From Callorhinchus milii (lineage: Eukaryota), in assembly GCF_018977255.1 (NCBI RefSeq), contig NW_024704742.1:82896001-82960000 (forward strand): a stretch of 64,000 bases of DNA. Direction: 5' to 3'. Shown here in pieces: positions 36,180 through 49,040 of this stretch (position 1 is its first letter; each line of letters begins with the position of its first letter). The position numbers and the translations under genes were made by a program. The notes beneath the pieces were generated by a model. It did no database searches. It saw only the letters and a list, made by a program, of their open reading frames with translations, and had not been told where the DNA came from.

Positions 36180-37466
36180 AACAACAGCAGCAACAAAATT
36201 ACAGTTATAGAGTGCCTTTCACGTCGGTAGGACGTACAAAGGCGCTGGACAGTCAGGGGTCAGGACCCGAGCATGTGGGAGGGGTGAGGTAGGGGTGAGG
36301 GAAGAAAGAGAGGTGGGAGGGCGACTGAAGGCAAGATCGAAGAGGAGGGACTTGTAGGAGGCAAGGGAGGAAGCGAGGCGAAGGGACTGTGGGATGGAGT
36401 TCCAGAGTGTGGGGCAGAGAGGCTGAAAGCCCGGCCACCGATGGTAGGGCGGGTCGGGCGGGAGACATGGAGCAGAACGGAGCCCGCTGAATGGAGGGAG
36501 CGGGCAGGTTGGTAGGGAGTCAGCAGGTCAGAGAGGTAGGAGGGGGCAAGGCCATGGATGGCCTTGAAAGTGAGGAGGAGGATCTTGAATTCAATCCTTT
36601 GAGGGATGGGGAGCCAATGGAGTCGGGCGAGGGTGGGAGTGATGGAATCACGGAGTCTGGTGCATGAGAGTACACGAGCTGCAGAGTTTTGGATGATCTA
36701 CAGCTTGTGAAGGGAAGAGTTGGGAAAGCCGATGAGGAGGGAATTCCCGTAAACAAGCCTTGACATGACAAATGCGTGGGTGAGAGTTGCGGCAGCATTA
36801 GGGGTGAGGCAGTGGCGGAGTCTGGCAATGTTGCGGAGGTGATGGTAGGCAGTGCCGGTTATGGCGCGGATGTGGGGGAGAAAGGGCAATTCAGGGTCAA
36901 ACAAGACATCCAGGTTCCTGACTGGCTTAGTGAGGTTGAGTGTGCAGCCATGGAGGCTGATGCTGCCAGCGCCCGAGGTGTGGAGGCGCTGGCACGATCC
37001 AATCAGGAGGGCCTCAGTCTTGCTGACGTTCAGTTGGAGAAAGTTGTCTCTTGTCCAGGACTTGATGTCGGACAGGCACTCGGTCAGAGAGATAGAGTTG
37101 GGTGGCATCCGCATACGTGTGGAAATTTACCCCATGTCTGCAGATGACGTCACCAAGGGGGAGCATGTAGAGGGTGAAGAGGAGGGGACCGAGGACAGAG
37201 CCCTGAGGAACACCGCACGAGATGGTGCGGGGGCTGGAGGAGAAGCCGTTTGCAGAGATGAAGTGGAGGCGGTGTGAAAGGTAGGACCTGAACCAGTCAA
37301 GGACAGAACCTTGAAGGTTGAGGTGGGAGGAGAGGCGGTGGAGGAGGATTGAGTGGTCCACAATATCAAAGGCGATGGAGAGGTCGAGGAGGACGAGGAG
37401 GCAGAGGGAGCCCCGGTCACACATGGTCAGGATGTCATTTGTGACCTTGACAAGAGCAGTTTCCGA
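36180..37466 (-). mobile_element. 5'-truncated L2-clade LINE: reverse-transcriptase domain, ORF2 C-terminus and 3'UTR; inactive
   Basis: ETALVKVTNDIL, LVLLDLSIAFDIVDH, GVPQGSVLGPLLFTLY, YADATQLY (YADD mutated to YADA), frameshift near 37090, WTRDNFLQLNVSKTE; 3' stem-loop and (TTG)n-like tail. Confidence 0.96.
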
Positions 37467-40196
37467 GGTTAATTATGTTTCTACAAGTGGTACCTGCCGA
37501 AGAGTATAAAGCAGCAGTTGAAATTGGAGTGTAAGATAGTTGTTGGATTATTGAGTTGTTGACATGCCCAAGTAATCCTCTGCTGAAATGATTGTGAGTT
37601 TATGAGTCGGGCTCTCTACAGAGAATGTTAAACAGTTGCTGGATAGTCTCCTGTTTTCATATTGTTACAAGTAACAGTGTAGAGCACAGATATTTATTGT
37701 AAACATTTATCTTGCAGCTTATGTGTATTCAGAATAGCATCGAGCATCAGTGTAAATTACCTTTGTTAATATTTATGGGAGTATATCAATATTGTTGACA
37801 ATGCATTCTTTGATATTCTGTTCTTGAGAGTTAGCACTCAAGGGAATTGTGAACAGGTTCACGTTTGAATCCTTGATTCAGAACAAAATGAAGCTGAAAA
37901 TTGTGTTTTCTTTAACCATAAAGAATTTGCACTTCTGTGTGCAATAAATCAGGTAAGTTATGCTTTTATAATTCCATAATGAACTAATCTTTTATAGCCG
38001 CTCAATATCATCAGTGGAGGATACTCATACTTCCACGCAGTTCCATTTGTAAAGTTAATAATGCATTAGTACATACGTTGCTAAGCTAATGACTGAGGAA
38101 GCTATTCCTTACTCTGGGGAAGAAGCAGCTCCTAATAAATTGCTTGCCGCTAACAGGCACAATGTATCAATATGTTTTTTCGTCTTTAAATTGAAACCAA
38201 TCAACTCAGAATGTGTTGCAATTTGCATTTATTTTAACAGTACGGAGGAGCCCCATTGATGTGAATAAGCTGCTGATCCAGCCTCACTGCTCTTTGTTCA
38301 TTCTGCACCAACATTCATTTGACAGCCCGTGGGTAGTTGCATTTTGTCTACCTATGCCTTGGGAGTTTTGTTGCAGCAGTTCAGTGCCTACACTGTTAGT
38401 CTCCAACATTCTCCAACTCAAGGGATCTTGCCCTAAATGCAAAACAGATTATATTGTTCCTTCTCCCTTCTTTCAGAAGCAATCCAGCGTTTCATTTTTA
38501 CAGTCCTAGAAGTCCTCTGAAGTAAGCTTCCATAACATATCACTGCCTACATGCTCCTAATAACCTGCAGTGGTATATACAAAACAGCTGGTATCAATTT
38601 CTAACATAAAATAGAAGAAGAGTGTACACTAAGTTGGAGAAAAGGGAGAAATAATGATATGAAGGAATGAGAAAAAGAGTCAAGTCCAGGTTGACCTGTT
38701 GAGCTTTCACCTCACAAATATCAGATTTCCTCCATGCATCCACTTCACTCTCTGGCACTCAACTGTATCACTGGGCCAACCAGTGGGACATGGTGGTAGG
38801 TGACCTCAAGTGCAGAATCATGGTTCTGTACGGCCCAAGGTAAGACATCTAGGGAATTGATTGGAAGGTACAAGGGGCATCGGTCCCAATTGTTGACTCT
38901 TATCGGTACCTCGGGATATTCCATTCCAACAATCTATCTCTGGGATTTCCATGTGTAGGTGGGATGCATGGAATTCTCAGCTTGGCTTGGATACTCCTAA
39001 GCATGATGATGGGTTTCTGCGTGTGTCAGACACCCTGCTGACAAAAAAAATTAATACAATCTCTTGTCGTAAGATGACAGACTGACATGGTTTAATGAGA
39101 AGGTTAGGAGATGACAGGAACCTTGCATTATTTTTTCAACAATGCAGAACGTACAAACTTTGACTGATCCTTCAATTTAAATTTGGAACCGGTTTTCTAT
39201 AGTTCTTGAAAGGACTTGTGGATAAATGGCTTCAAATATAGGACTGAATTAAAGTGGTTAGCAAGATTTGCACACTCTGAAATGTTAAGAAAATAGTCTA
39301 AACGACAGGGTCTAAAATCAGTGGAGTTTCTGACCCCAGGCTGCTGTCATGGCAAGACGTTAGGGTGGGTGTTCTGGAAGGATGAGAATAAAATGTGTTG
39401 AAGGGTCTTCTTGATCCTAACCTTACTTGTGTTCTCCAAATGATCCTATTTGCGCACAGTTGTGCACAACCTTCATCTTGGTTCAAAAGAGAGATAGTGA
39501 AGAATGGGCAATAACAAAGAGAGGGAAGCAAAAGTGTTCTTATTCAAGTGCAAAAAGCCTAGCAATAATGGCCTGGTGAAAGCTTTTTCCTCTGTTTTGT
39601 GGGCATCTGCTCAGTTCCTTGTCACAGGCTCGACCGGGGTCAGGCATGAAGGTGTTTAGCAAAGCCCTTAATGTCAGAAGGAAGCAAGTGAATGGACCAC
39701 AGTGTGCGGGGAGGTGGTTAAAATATGTCAGGAGCATAAACGCGATTCAGCTCATTACTGAGCCGACCGAGGCAGTGGCAGTCTTACCGCTGGTAGCACT
39801 ATTGTCCACTGAGCACAGTATTGATTTCAGTAGCGGTACCTGATTTTCATGTGCTCAATGAAGCCATACAAAGACCAATTAACAGTTTTAATGGGAACGA
39901 CAAAAGGTTGTATTATACATTGCAATGTTTTGAATCATAAAGCACTTGTGTGCACACACAGTGGAAGAAGAAAGCTGTAGGATTTCTCTCGACCATATTC
40001 AAGCCACAGGCAAAATTGACTGTTTCCAATCACAGGTGTATCAGGGAGAAAAGACTGACGAACACCAGCCTACATGAAAGACACTTTCATTATTCAGATA
40101 TCGCATAGATCTGGGAAAAGAGATTTCCCTACTGGAGTTCTTCAGGCGCTTTGTTAACTCAATACACTAAAGAGCTAAATATGCATATGTTTTAAT

Positions 40197-40535
40197 ATTA
40201 TTATTAATAATAGTAATAATAATGCATGCATTTGATACTGGAGGACATCTCAAAAGGCTTCACAGGTTTTACTGTAAAGTACGATAAAGTTATGTAGGCA
40301 AATGCAGCATGCATATTTGCCCACAACAATGTCTCTCAAACAGCAATGAGGTGAATGACCAATTTTATTTGGGGGACTGTTGGCCAGTACATTGAGGGAC
40401 ACTCCCTTTCCTTTTCAAATAGTGCCATGAGATCTTCAACATCCATCTGAAAAGACGAGTGAGACTTTGATGTAACATCTCATCTGCATGCATTCCGACA
40501 ATGCAGTGCTCCCCATTGGAGTGTCTTCTTAGACT
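40197..40535 (-). mobile_element. Deu-domain SINE
   Basis: Reverse tail, shared 3' part and Deu core. Confidence 0.8.
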
Positions 40536-41404
40536 TTGCATGGAAATGAATGCAGAAACACGATGGAGCCTTTCTATTCACTGTACACTATGAATTCCCA
40601 GTTAGAAGTAATAACAAATGCAGTGGAAAGGTTAGTAATCGTGGGTTGTGTAAACCAGTTAGATGGGACAAAATCTGCAAACTACCCCTCATCTTCAAAG
40701 AACATAAAGGAAAAGAAGCCACTGAGAGCAAGAGCAGATTGTTATGATTACAGCAACCCAGTGCCTCCCAGGAGCAGAGAAACATCATTATGCTAATATA
40801 CTTTATTTCCTCCAGCACCAGCTCTAGTTCAATGCACGGAATTGAATGTTTGCTTTCAAGTTGTTTGCTTGTTTGCTCTCAAGATGTTTCACACGAGACC
40901 TGGAAAAGAAAATGCATTAAAACAATAAAAGTGGTATGGATTTGCAGGGTGACTGCCAGGTTTTGTAGCAGCAAAGCCAATTGCTCAACCTTTGGGATAA
41001 AGAACAAATGCTCTTGCAGTGACGATTTCCTCCTAGTGTTGCCCATTTAGTAATTCATTGCAGGAAATGTTTAGATAGCGACTGAGTCCTTAAAGTCCTG
41101 TGTGTCAAACAGTTCTTATTTATATTTGGTGTGATTCACTTATCCAGCCTTTCGCTTTCGATTCCCCATCCCCACCTTTGTTTTCTCCACTTAGTTTTGT
41201 CCACTGTGGTTTTGACTGTGTCTCCTCATTGAACCACAGCAGAAGATCTCTACTGGAATGGGACTGATTGAAAAATGTGCTACTCTCTAAAGCTATTACT
41301 CACAGTGTTTATTTCCTACAGATTCTCGATCCACGTCATCCTTGTAACAGCTCACTATAGTAACATGGCACATTTGGCAGCTGTGCATCAATAAATCCCT
41401 GGTC

Positions 41405-41710
41405 AGCTCCTTTGATGGTCTGATGGACAAAGGCACTGTTTGGTTGCAGCGTTCAGATTAGAAGGTCACAGGTTCGAATCTGATTCTCTGCTGAGGTGAC
41501 TGATCTCAGGTAGGGCATTGGTCAGGAAGTACAGTTGGCCTCAGGCCACTTGTGATGGGGTTGGGGAAATCGGAAAGAATTTGAGGATTTAGATTGCTTT
41601 CCAGAGATTCATGTTGGAAAATGCTTATATGTGAAGATTAGGTGATAGGGCACAGCCCATAGCTGTGATGCCATAGCCTGACAGCACCCATTCACATACT
41701 TGCCCACTTG
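41405..41710 (+). mobile_element. Old tRNA-derived SINE of a second, unnamed family (related pieces at 55430-55790 +; 42640-42830 and 60700-60790 -)
   Basis: B box GGTTCGAATC, then gctgaggtgactgatctcagg...ttggcctcagg...ggtga...gctgtgatgcc, matching the 55.5-kb copy. Confidence 0.6.
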
Positions 41711-42214
41711 GCTGGGGTTCTATAAGCTCAAATTGATACAGTACCCCAGCAGACCCAACAATAATAATTTTTACATTTGGTACGTGCCTTTCACATCGGG
41801 ATAACATCTTAAAGCGTTCCATACTGACTGTAAAGAGTAGTGACTGTGCATTTTGTTTGTGAACGTGACAGCCAGTTTGCACACAGCAATGAGAAGTCAA
41901 ACACCTTCAAGAGAAAATTGAAGGAGAAATATTAGCTGGGAAAAATATACTATTTAACAATGTCTAGAATAATGCTGTCACATTTAATCTTCGTCCCCAA
42001 CTGGAACCTGTTGCTGCTTTACAGCAGTGCTTTTGGGGCTCTTAACGTGAATTAAATTATCTTAGAGAGAGCCAGGCGTCCAGGCTTGAATCTGCGGCTT
42101 TCTGCTTGGAATCTGAATGCGCAATCAATCAAGCAACTAGACTGGCCAACTTTGTTATCAAATATGTCTTGAAAGTTAAATAGGAATCATTAAAACACAA
42201 ATGAAAAAAATGAA

Positions 42215-42602
42215 GTTATCCTTGCATTTAATAGAACACCTTATCATGTTGTTGAAATGTCCCTAGCGTTTCACAGGATTCACTACGAAGTGTAGTGACT
42301 GCATATTTTGGCAAATACAGCAGCCAGTTGTCCACAAATAGCCATGAACAATTTTATCTGGAGGATTGTTGCCAAGGCACCTGAAGATATTCCCTTCTCT
42401 TTACAAATGCTACAGTATCATTGCACCTCTAACGTCCCTCTTAAAGAAATAGAGGAGATCGTCTTAACATCTCATCCAAAAGACAACACCTCCAACTCTC
42501 CCAGGACTGCAGTGCAGTGTCTGCCTAAACTATGATCTCCATGTCTGTGGGGCTTGGACCACAATCCTGTGACTCAGAGGCAAGAGTGCTTCCAACTGAA
42601 CT
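42215..42602 (-). mobile_element. Deu-domain SINE, near full-length
   Basis: Reverse head tgactcagaggcaagagtgcttccaactga, core and tail. Confidence 0.8.
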
Positions 42603-43449
42603 GTGCTAATACAGAACTGACAGGGGATACTCACATTGTCAGTCCGGGCTGACTGGCTGTGGATAGTGCACACTCTGTGATTATCAAGCAACCACATTAC
42701 AGCACACCGTACCTGGTCTCCTTCCTCACCTACTGGGCAGGGATGAATCACAGAGTCATGAAAAAAACACTTGTTAACCAAACCTTAGCAGCTGATTCCT
42801 TCCCCTTCCCCAGCTGAGCCTCTCCAATGGTTCCATTGATGTCTGACTATACATCTCTCGAAGACTGGAGTCTCACTTTGACAAAGTTAATTACTAACCG
42901 TTTTGTGCATCAGGTTAAATTGCAAACCTTCAGCACATATTGCAAACTCCCCCTCTCTCTCTGGTCCTTGTTTTGTGAGTTATTATTGCGCATTTTTAAA
43001 ATTTCATTAGAAACAGTCAGTAAACAAGTGCACAACAAAGATAAACTATGGCCCGCCCTTAGAAAGGCAATAGTTGTTTCTTGGAAAAATGCTGATATAT
43101 TGTGCTATCAGTTCATTGTGTTTTCAGATGTCTCCTCTGGTTTGGCCGGCACAGAGAGGAGTGAGGTTAAGCTCTGTACTGGAATCCTACGCTTCCAGGA
43201 AACAGTTTGTGAATTCATCCTACCTTGTTTTTTCAGAACTGCTATAAATTTTTAGATTCAATTAGCTACATGTATAATCTACATTTGTGCGCTTTAAAAA
43301 AAACAGTGCGTTCTGACATTGTACAAGAGTCGATGAATAGTAAAGGTCAGACTGTTGGGATGTTTTGCACTGTTATATCAGGCTGATTAATTTGGTTGCA
43401 TTCTTGCCCAACATCAGAAATTTGAACTTTGCAATCTAAGCTTGCAATC

Positions 43450-43725
43450 ATGCCTTCATCAGAAACCAAGGTCCCGTCTGCCTGTCCAGGTGAACGTTAA
43501 AGTTCCCGTGGCACTATTCTAAAAGAGAAGGGAATTTCTCCCGTGTTTTAGCCAAGAATCCCCCAAATAAAATTGATTGTTCACTTTCTGGCTGTTTGGG
43601 GGTTATTGCTGTGTGTAAATTGACGGGCACGTTCACCTGCAAATACACAGCCACCGCACTTTACAGCAATCACCCGTGGAGCGCTTTCAGACATTATAGT
43701 TTCTATACCAAAAGCAAATGTTATT
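43450..43725 (+). mobile_element. Deu-domain SINE (5'-truncated)
   Basis: aaccaaggtcccgtctgcctgtccaggtgaacgttaaagttcccgtggcactatt. Confidence 0.85.
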
Positions 43726-44734
43726 TTGTTTATACCGACCGAAATTATCACGATGACGATTACCGCAGTGAATCTGTTAAGAAACAGAATTTTTCACCTC
43801 GATATGAAAATGGCTAATTTCACACCCATCCCGTGTTCTAGTAAGCACAGTATCATTTTTACTAGCAGGGCGGGTATTGGGACATCAGAGAAGTTGGAGG
43901 TGAGGAAATGCCGGTCAGCCCATCCTATCACAGCTCTTCCGACATGGACTTCTGCACGAGTTCCATGATCCGGGTGATTGCTGCAGGAAGCTTCGTGCCT
44001 CCTCACAGTCACTTGCAGTTCCAGGGCATTTACATGAAAGTGCGCTGGAAATGTCACATATAAAAGGCTGCAAATGTTAATCCGGTGCTCTTGGCCTGAA
44101 ACTGGTCCCAGTAAGTACTATTGAGGTTTTTGTATTGAATATTTAATTGTACTTTGATTAGACATAGTATTGCTCTTCCTTAAGCTTTTGTCTCAATAGA
44201 CACAGTGCAGTGCCATCTGGCTTAAGCACATGCAAGGAAGATTAGAATTTTGTTGACAAAGGTTTTTTTAGTGTTGATTTTCACATTCAGGATGAGTAAG
44301 CCCACAAACCTGGTGTTTGAGTATATTCTTAATAATAATCATTACATTTGATGTAACCCCTTCCAAATCAGGAGGACGTTTCAAATGCGTTTCGGGGGTG
44401 CACTGTAAAGTATAGTGACTGTATTTTGTAAGCCAATATGGCAATGTCCCTGAAACAGCTATCAAGTGAAAGACTGATTTTTATTTGGGGAATTTTGGCC
44501 AGGACACTGGGAGAAATTCCCTTCTCTTTTTAAATGGTGCCACAGGATCTTTAATGTCCACCCGGACAGGTAGACGAGACCTAGGTGTAACATCAATTAA
44601 TGCAATCTGAAACCATGTTTTGGTTGCTAGCATCTGGAAATAGGCAATTTGCTTGGAGGGAAATAGGAGAAAACAGGGAACCTGTACGAGTGGATTTGGG
44701 GTTTGCATTTTTTTACAAACGCACCTCCAAATTT

Positions 44735-45565
44735 ACAACACTTAAGAGGGTTGTTAGTCCCATTGTTTCTGTAAGAGCAATGCTTTCAGTTCCATTTACC
44801 TTCATTGTCTCCATACCTCTGTAGTTTACTTTTTTTAGGTATTTGTCTTCTCTTTTCAAACGTAATGCAGATTCTGCCTCAACCAAAGCTCCTGGCCAGG
44901 CATTCCATATCCCAGCTATTCTGTGCATGAAAAAGATTCTCCTAACCTCCCCATTTGCTAATTATCTTAAATTGATGCCCTCTCATCATTGACTGTTTAA
45001 ATGAGTTCAGAATCTGTTTCAATCATTCTGATCGGAAATGCTTCTCTTCAACATAATCCCAATGGTGCTCGCTTCGGGGACTACACTGGAACAAACTGCA
45101 ACAGATGTCGAATCAGCAATGGCATTCAATCGTGCATTCCTTATGAATTCATTAAAAGTCAGAAAAATGCATTTGACGGCATCTTTGCTGTTCCCAATTG
45201 TAGTACAGTCAAGCAGTTTGCTTCACAACAGATAAGGGTCTAGTGGGATTGCTTTCTTATCATAGAATCATGGATATTTACAGGATAGAAGGAAGCAATT
45301 TGGCCCATTGAGCCTGCACCAGCTCTCAGAGCAAGGTGTTCATTCAATCCTACTGTCCTTCCTTACCCCCATACCACTTCAATCTCTCTTGTCTTTCATA
45401 CACTTCTAAGCACTCTGAGAAGCTATCCTGCATGAGGAGTGCTAATATAAATGCAACTTGTGATTGTTGTACTTCCCTCTTAAAAGCCACAATGGTCTCT
45501 GTCTCTATCCTGTTACTTAACAGGGCCTTCCACTTCCCAATGACTCTGTGTGCAAACAATTCTTG
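44735..45565 (-). mobile_element. Two CR1 3' fragments (about 44735-45000 and 45258-45565); the second contains a short + strand tail insert (about 45405-45468)
   Basis: Reverse translation RIAGIWNAWPGALVEAES (CR1 ORF2 end); catagaatcatgg...caggatagaaggaagcaatttggccc tail. Confidence 0.75.
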
Positions 45566-45689
45566 TAAAGGGTTTACCAGGATTGAGAAGCGCACAAAAA
45601 AACCATCATACAGGGGCTGTAAAATCACTTCATTTTGCAGTGCGATCAACCAGACTGTTCCTACTTTGGCTCCAAAGGCTGAGAGGGGG

Positions 45690-46074
45690 GTAATAATAAT
45701 AATAATGATAATCCTTATATTTGTTATAGTTCCTTATCACAGCTTCGAGATGGCTCAAAGCACTTCACAGAATATACTGGAAAGTGAATTTGCTTATATT
45801 TTGTGGGTGAAACAAGTCAGCCAATTGCACACAGCAGTGTCCCACAAACAGTCGTGGATTGAGTGACCAAATTATTATTATTTTTTTGAGGGATTATTAT
45901 CTCCAGAAAAGCAATCCTCCAATTGACTTAACAACCAGATTCCTACTTTACTGCTAGAGAAACAGAGGCATGTGGAGAAAGGAAATTTGCCCAACGTTTT
46001 GCCCTCTCTGGGAATTGAATCCAGATCCTATCGCTTGCAAGGCGAGTGCTCTAAACACTAAGCTACAGGACCAC
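45690..46074 (-). mobile_element. Full-length tRNA-derived SINE, long subfamily
   Basis: Reverse head gtggtcctgtagcttagtgtttagagcactcgccttgcaagcgat...ttcaattccc, middle segment and tail. Confidence 0.92.
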
Positions 46075-46119
46075 TGTAGATGATATAGACATGCTATTTG
46101 ACTTGGAACCCAGAACTAG

Positions 46120-46520
46120 TAATAATAATCCTTACATTTGATTTTGCGCCTTCACTCTCTGGCACCTCCCTATCTCTCCAGCCTCCTCACTCCCCAATCC
46201 ACCACCCAGCACCTCCGCTCGACTGGCCTCCTGCTCGTCCCTCGCATACTCTGCCCCATCATCAGAGATTGCGCTTTCAGCCACCACACCCCAAAACTCT
46301 GGAACACTTTCCCTCAATCCCTCCACCTTGCCCCATCTCTCCCCTTTTTCAAATCCAGCCTGAAAAAGTTCCTGTTCGACCGTGCTTACAGCCACCTCCC
46401 ACCCCACCCCCCCAGTCAGTGGTTTGACTGTATTTTGTAGGAGAAATGCAGCAGCCAATTGCTCACAGCAGTATCCCACAAACAAGCATGGATTGAGCGA
46501 CCAATTTTTTTTTTATTGAA
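46120..46520. mobile_element. Minus-strand SINE fragment interrupted by a tail-less + strand L2 piece (about 46151-46415)
   Basis: LHSLAPPYLSSLL...LRS...RDCAFSHHTPKLWNTFP...FKSSLK (L2 ORF2 end) between two SINE halves. Confidence 0.85.
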
Positions 46521-48381
46521 GAGAAATTTGTCAGTGTTGGCTTAGAGGATATTGGTTGAGGTGTAAACTGAGGTGAGCAGCTACACTATGCCAGATGATG
46601 GTTTCTGTGCTCCTGACCCTTGGCAGTGGATGACATATGGACGAATGGAATGGGGGGGGCAGGTGGAGTATATTTTCTGTGCAAAAGCCTGGCAGGAGGT
46701 CGGAATGGTTAGCTTTTTTGCTTGATTATGCAAAAGGTAGAGTGGTGAGCACGATAAGTTTTTTCTGTGGAAGCCACAGGACTGATGGGTCATATTCCTC
46801 ATTCCGTTATCCTGAAGGCCTTTGACTGGTGAGATTTGCGTGTGAAGCGAGAGCACCTTTGCACATTGCAGTGAGTTTCAGGGAATCTGTCCCGAGTTAG
46901 TTAACAACTCAAAAGAATTGCGTTCACATCGCACCTTAATTCTGTCCGGTAACCATAGCAATGCCGCTTTGCTCTTTCTTTTTGAGCAACTCGTCTTTGC
47001 ATTTGAGCGAGGGCTGACCGGTTGTTTCTGAAATACCTCATGATACATTTGTGCTGGGGCGTGACCTCGCATATTGCAGCAGGAGCAGTTTGATGAAAAT
47101 TGTTTGCCATCGTCCAACCTGCCGCGTCGATTAAACCAGATGATGTGCCGCTTCATGACAAATTGCTTGAATGAACAATTGGGGTGATGAATCGAGTTAA
47201 AACATTCATCATTTACTTTATATCCTTTCAGTGGCCAAAAAGAAAGGATGCTCATGATTCTTTTTAAATGATCTGCAAAATATTTTACCAGGCACTGTCT
47301 TGGGTTCCATGGGCAAATTCCTCTCCTCTGACAGGAGAATTATTTCCTTGCTGTAAGAATGTAAAAATAGGAAGAAAATGCACCACAATGCACGTAGGAA
47401 AAAAAACATCTCAACAGCAGCAAATAAGTGTTTGTTTCCTTATAGAGAAATGATAGGCTTCCGTTAAATAACACCAGGACACTATTTGCTACAAAATAAG
47501 GACCACATTAATTATGATGTCCTTTTCATTCCCCCCCCACCCATATTACAGCTCAAATGCTTTTTGTTTTTCCTCCAGCTGCTATAATTCAGAATGTTCC
47601 CAGCACATTACAGCAAAGGTTTAGCTTCACTATTAATCAATCCGTTACATATTAGCTTGTGAGTGTGTGAGTAGCAACGTGAATATCAGGTTTGTTTTTT
47701 TCCTACAAGTAAAGTTTTCCTATATTGTTTGGATTTCGCGCTTCTGCCGCTCAGTGATCTCTGTTTTCGGAACTTATTTATTGCTGTACATATATCTGTC
47801 CACCGATCAGTATACTGCAATGATGGATTTTGTAGCGCCATTTGGAAACTACCTCTGGTTGAATTATTACTGGGCTTGGTCAGTGCCAGTGTGTTTAGTT
47901 CAAGAACTGATATTTGTTGTGAATTCTTTCTAGTGACTGACCTCTTTCGCCCCCAAAACAATCGTTCTTGTCTACTGATATTCCAAATTAAACAGATGAG
48001 CTTATCATGATCTCTGTGCTTGCAAAGAGATTTTGCTGAACATAGTTGGTTGATAATCGAAACACAGTGACCTCAATGTTCAAGTTATCAAGAAGGATAT
48101 CTCCAAATCTAAGTAAACAATGAATTATCATAAGAATAACTTGGATTAGAAGTGAAGTGAATGCAGCCAAGTAGGTGAAGCTGTGTAACAGTGAAGAAAT
48201 TGAGTACAGGTGAAAGCTGTACAATCTTTGAAAGTCAACCTCTATTTGTCAACAAATTAGATCAGAGTAGTACAGGGAATGTAGAATGGTAGCTTTTTGT
48301 CCACAGTGAAGTTGTTAAGCGCTTTGACTTGGTTTTCAAATTAAATTGTTGGTGATGTCAAAAGTGAGAGGGCACACATGG

Positions 48382-48752
48382 TAATAATAATTGTTGCATT
48401 TAATCCAGTGCCGTTCACGTCTGGAGGGCATCTCAAAGTGCTTCGCTTGATATACTGTCAAGTCTAGTGACTGTATTTTTTGGGCAAACACGGCAGCCAA
48501 CTTTTGTACACAGCAATGTCTCACAAATAGCCATGGAGTGAGTGACCAATTTTATTGAGGGATTGTTGGCCAGGACACTGGGAGAAACTCCCTTCTCTTT
48601 TTGAATAGTGCCATGAAATCTTTAATGTCCACTTGATTAGGCAGATAGGAGCTTAGTTTAGCATCTCATCTGAAGGACTTCCACCACGGGACTTGAACCC
48701 TCAACCTTCTGAGTCAGAGGTGAAAGTGTTACTACGTGGGCTAGGCTGACAC
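48382..48752 (-). mobile_element. Deu-domain SINE
   Basis: Reverse tail, core and head. Confidence 0.85.
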
Positions 48753-48769
48753 ACAAAATGTAAGATAAC

Positions 48770-49040
48770 AAGTATGGATCTAAAAGGGAATTCAGAACGA
48801 ACTTCTTCACACAGAGGGTGGTGGAAGAATGTGGAACTCACTGCTGGATGCTATGGTTGAAAAAACGGCATCAATAAATTTGAGATTAAAGTTGATGCAT
48901 ATATGTTTGGAAGAAGAGAATAGAGGGGTGTAGGAGAGGGGAATAGGAAGGTTGGAGGCTCGGAGTATAAACATTGGCAAGGACTAATTAGTTTGGGCGA
49001 ATGGCCTGCTTCCATGCTGTATAATTTTGTATAATTTTAT
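48770..49040 (+). mobile_element. CR1 LINE 3' fragment
   Basis: aacttcttcacacagagggtggtg...tggaactcactg (NFFTQRVV..WNSL); gggcgaatggcctgcttccatgctgt tail. Confidence 0.85.

Noticed and set aside
36520..37424. Functional reverse transcriptase gene
   Set aside because: 5'-truncated, frameshifted, with catalytic YADD changed to YADA; a dead L2 copy.
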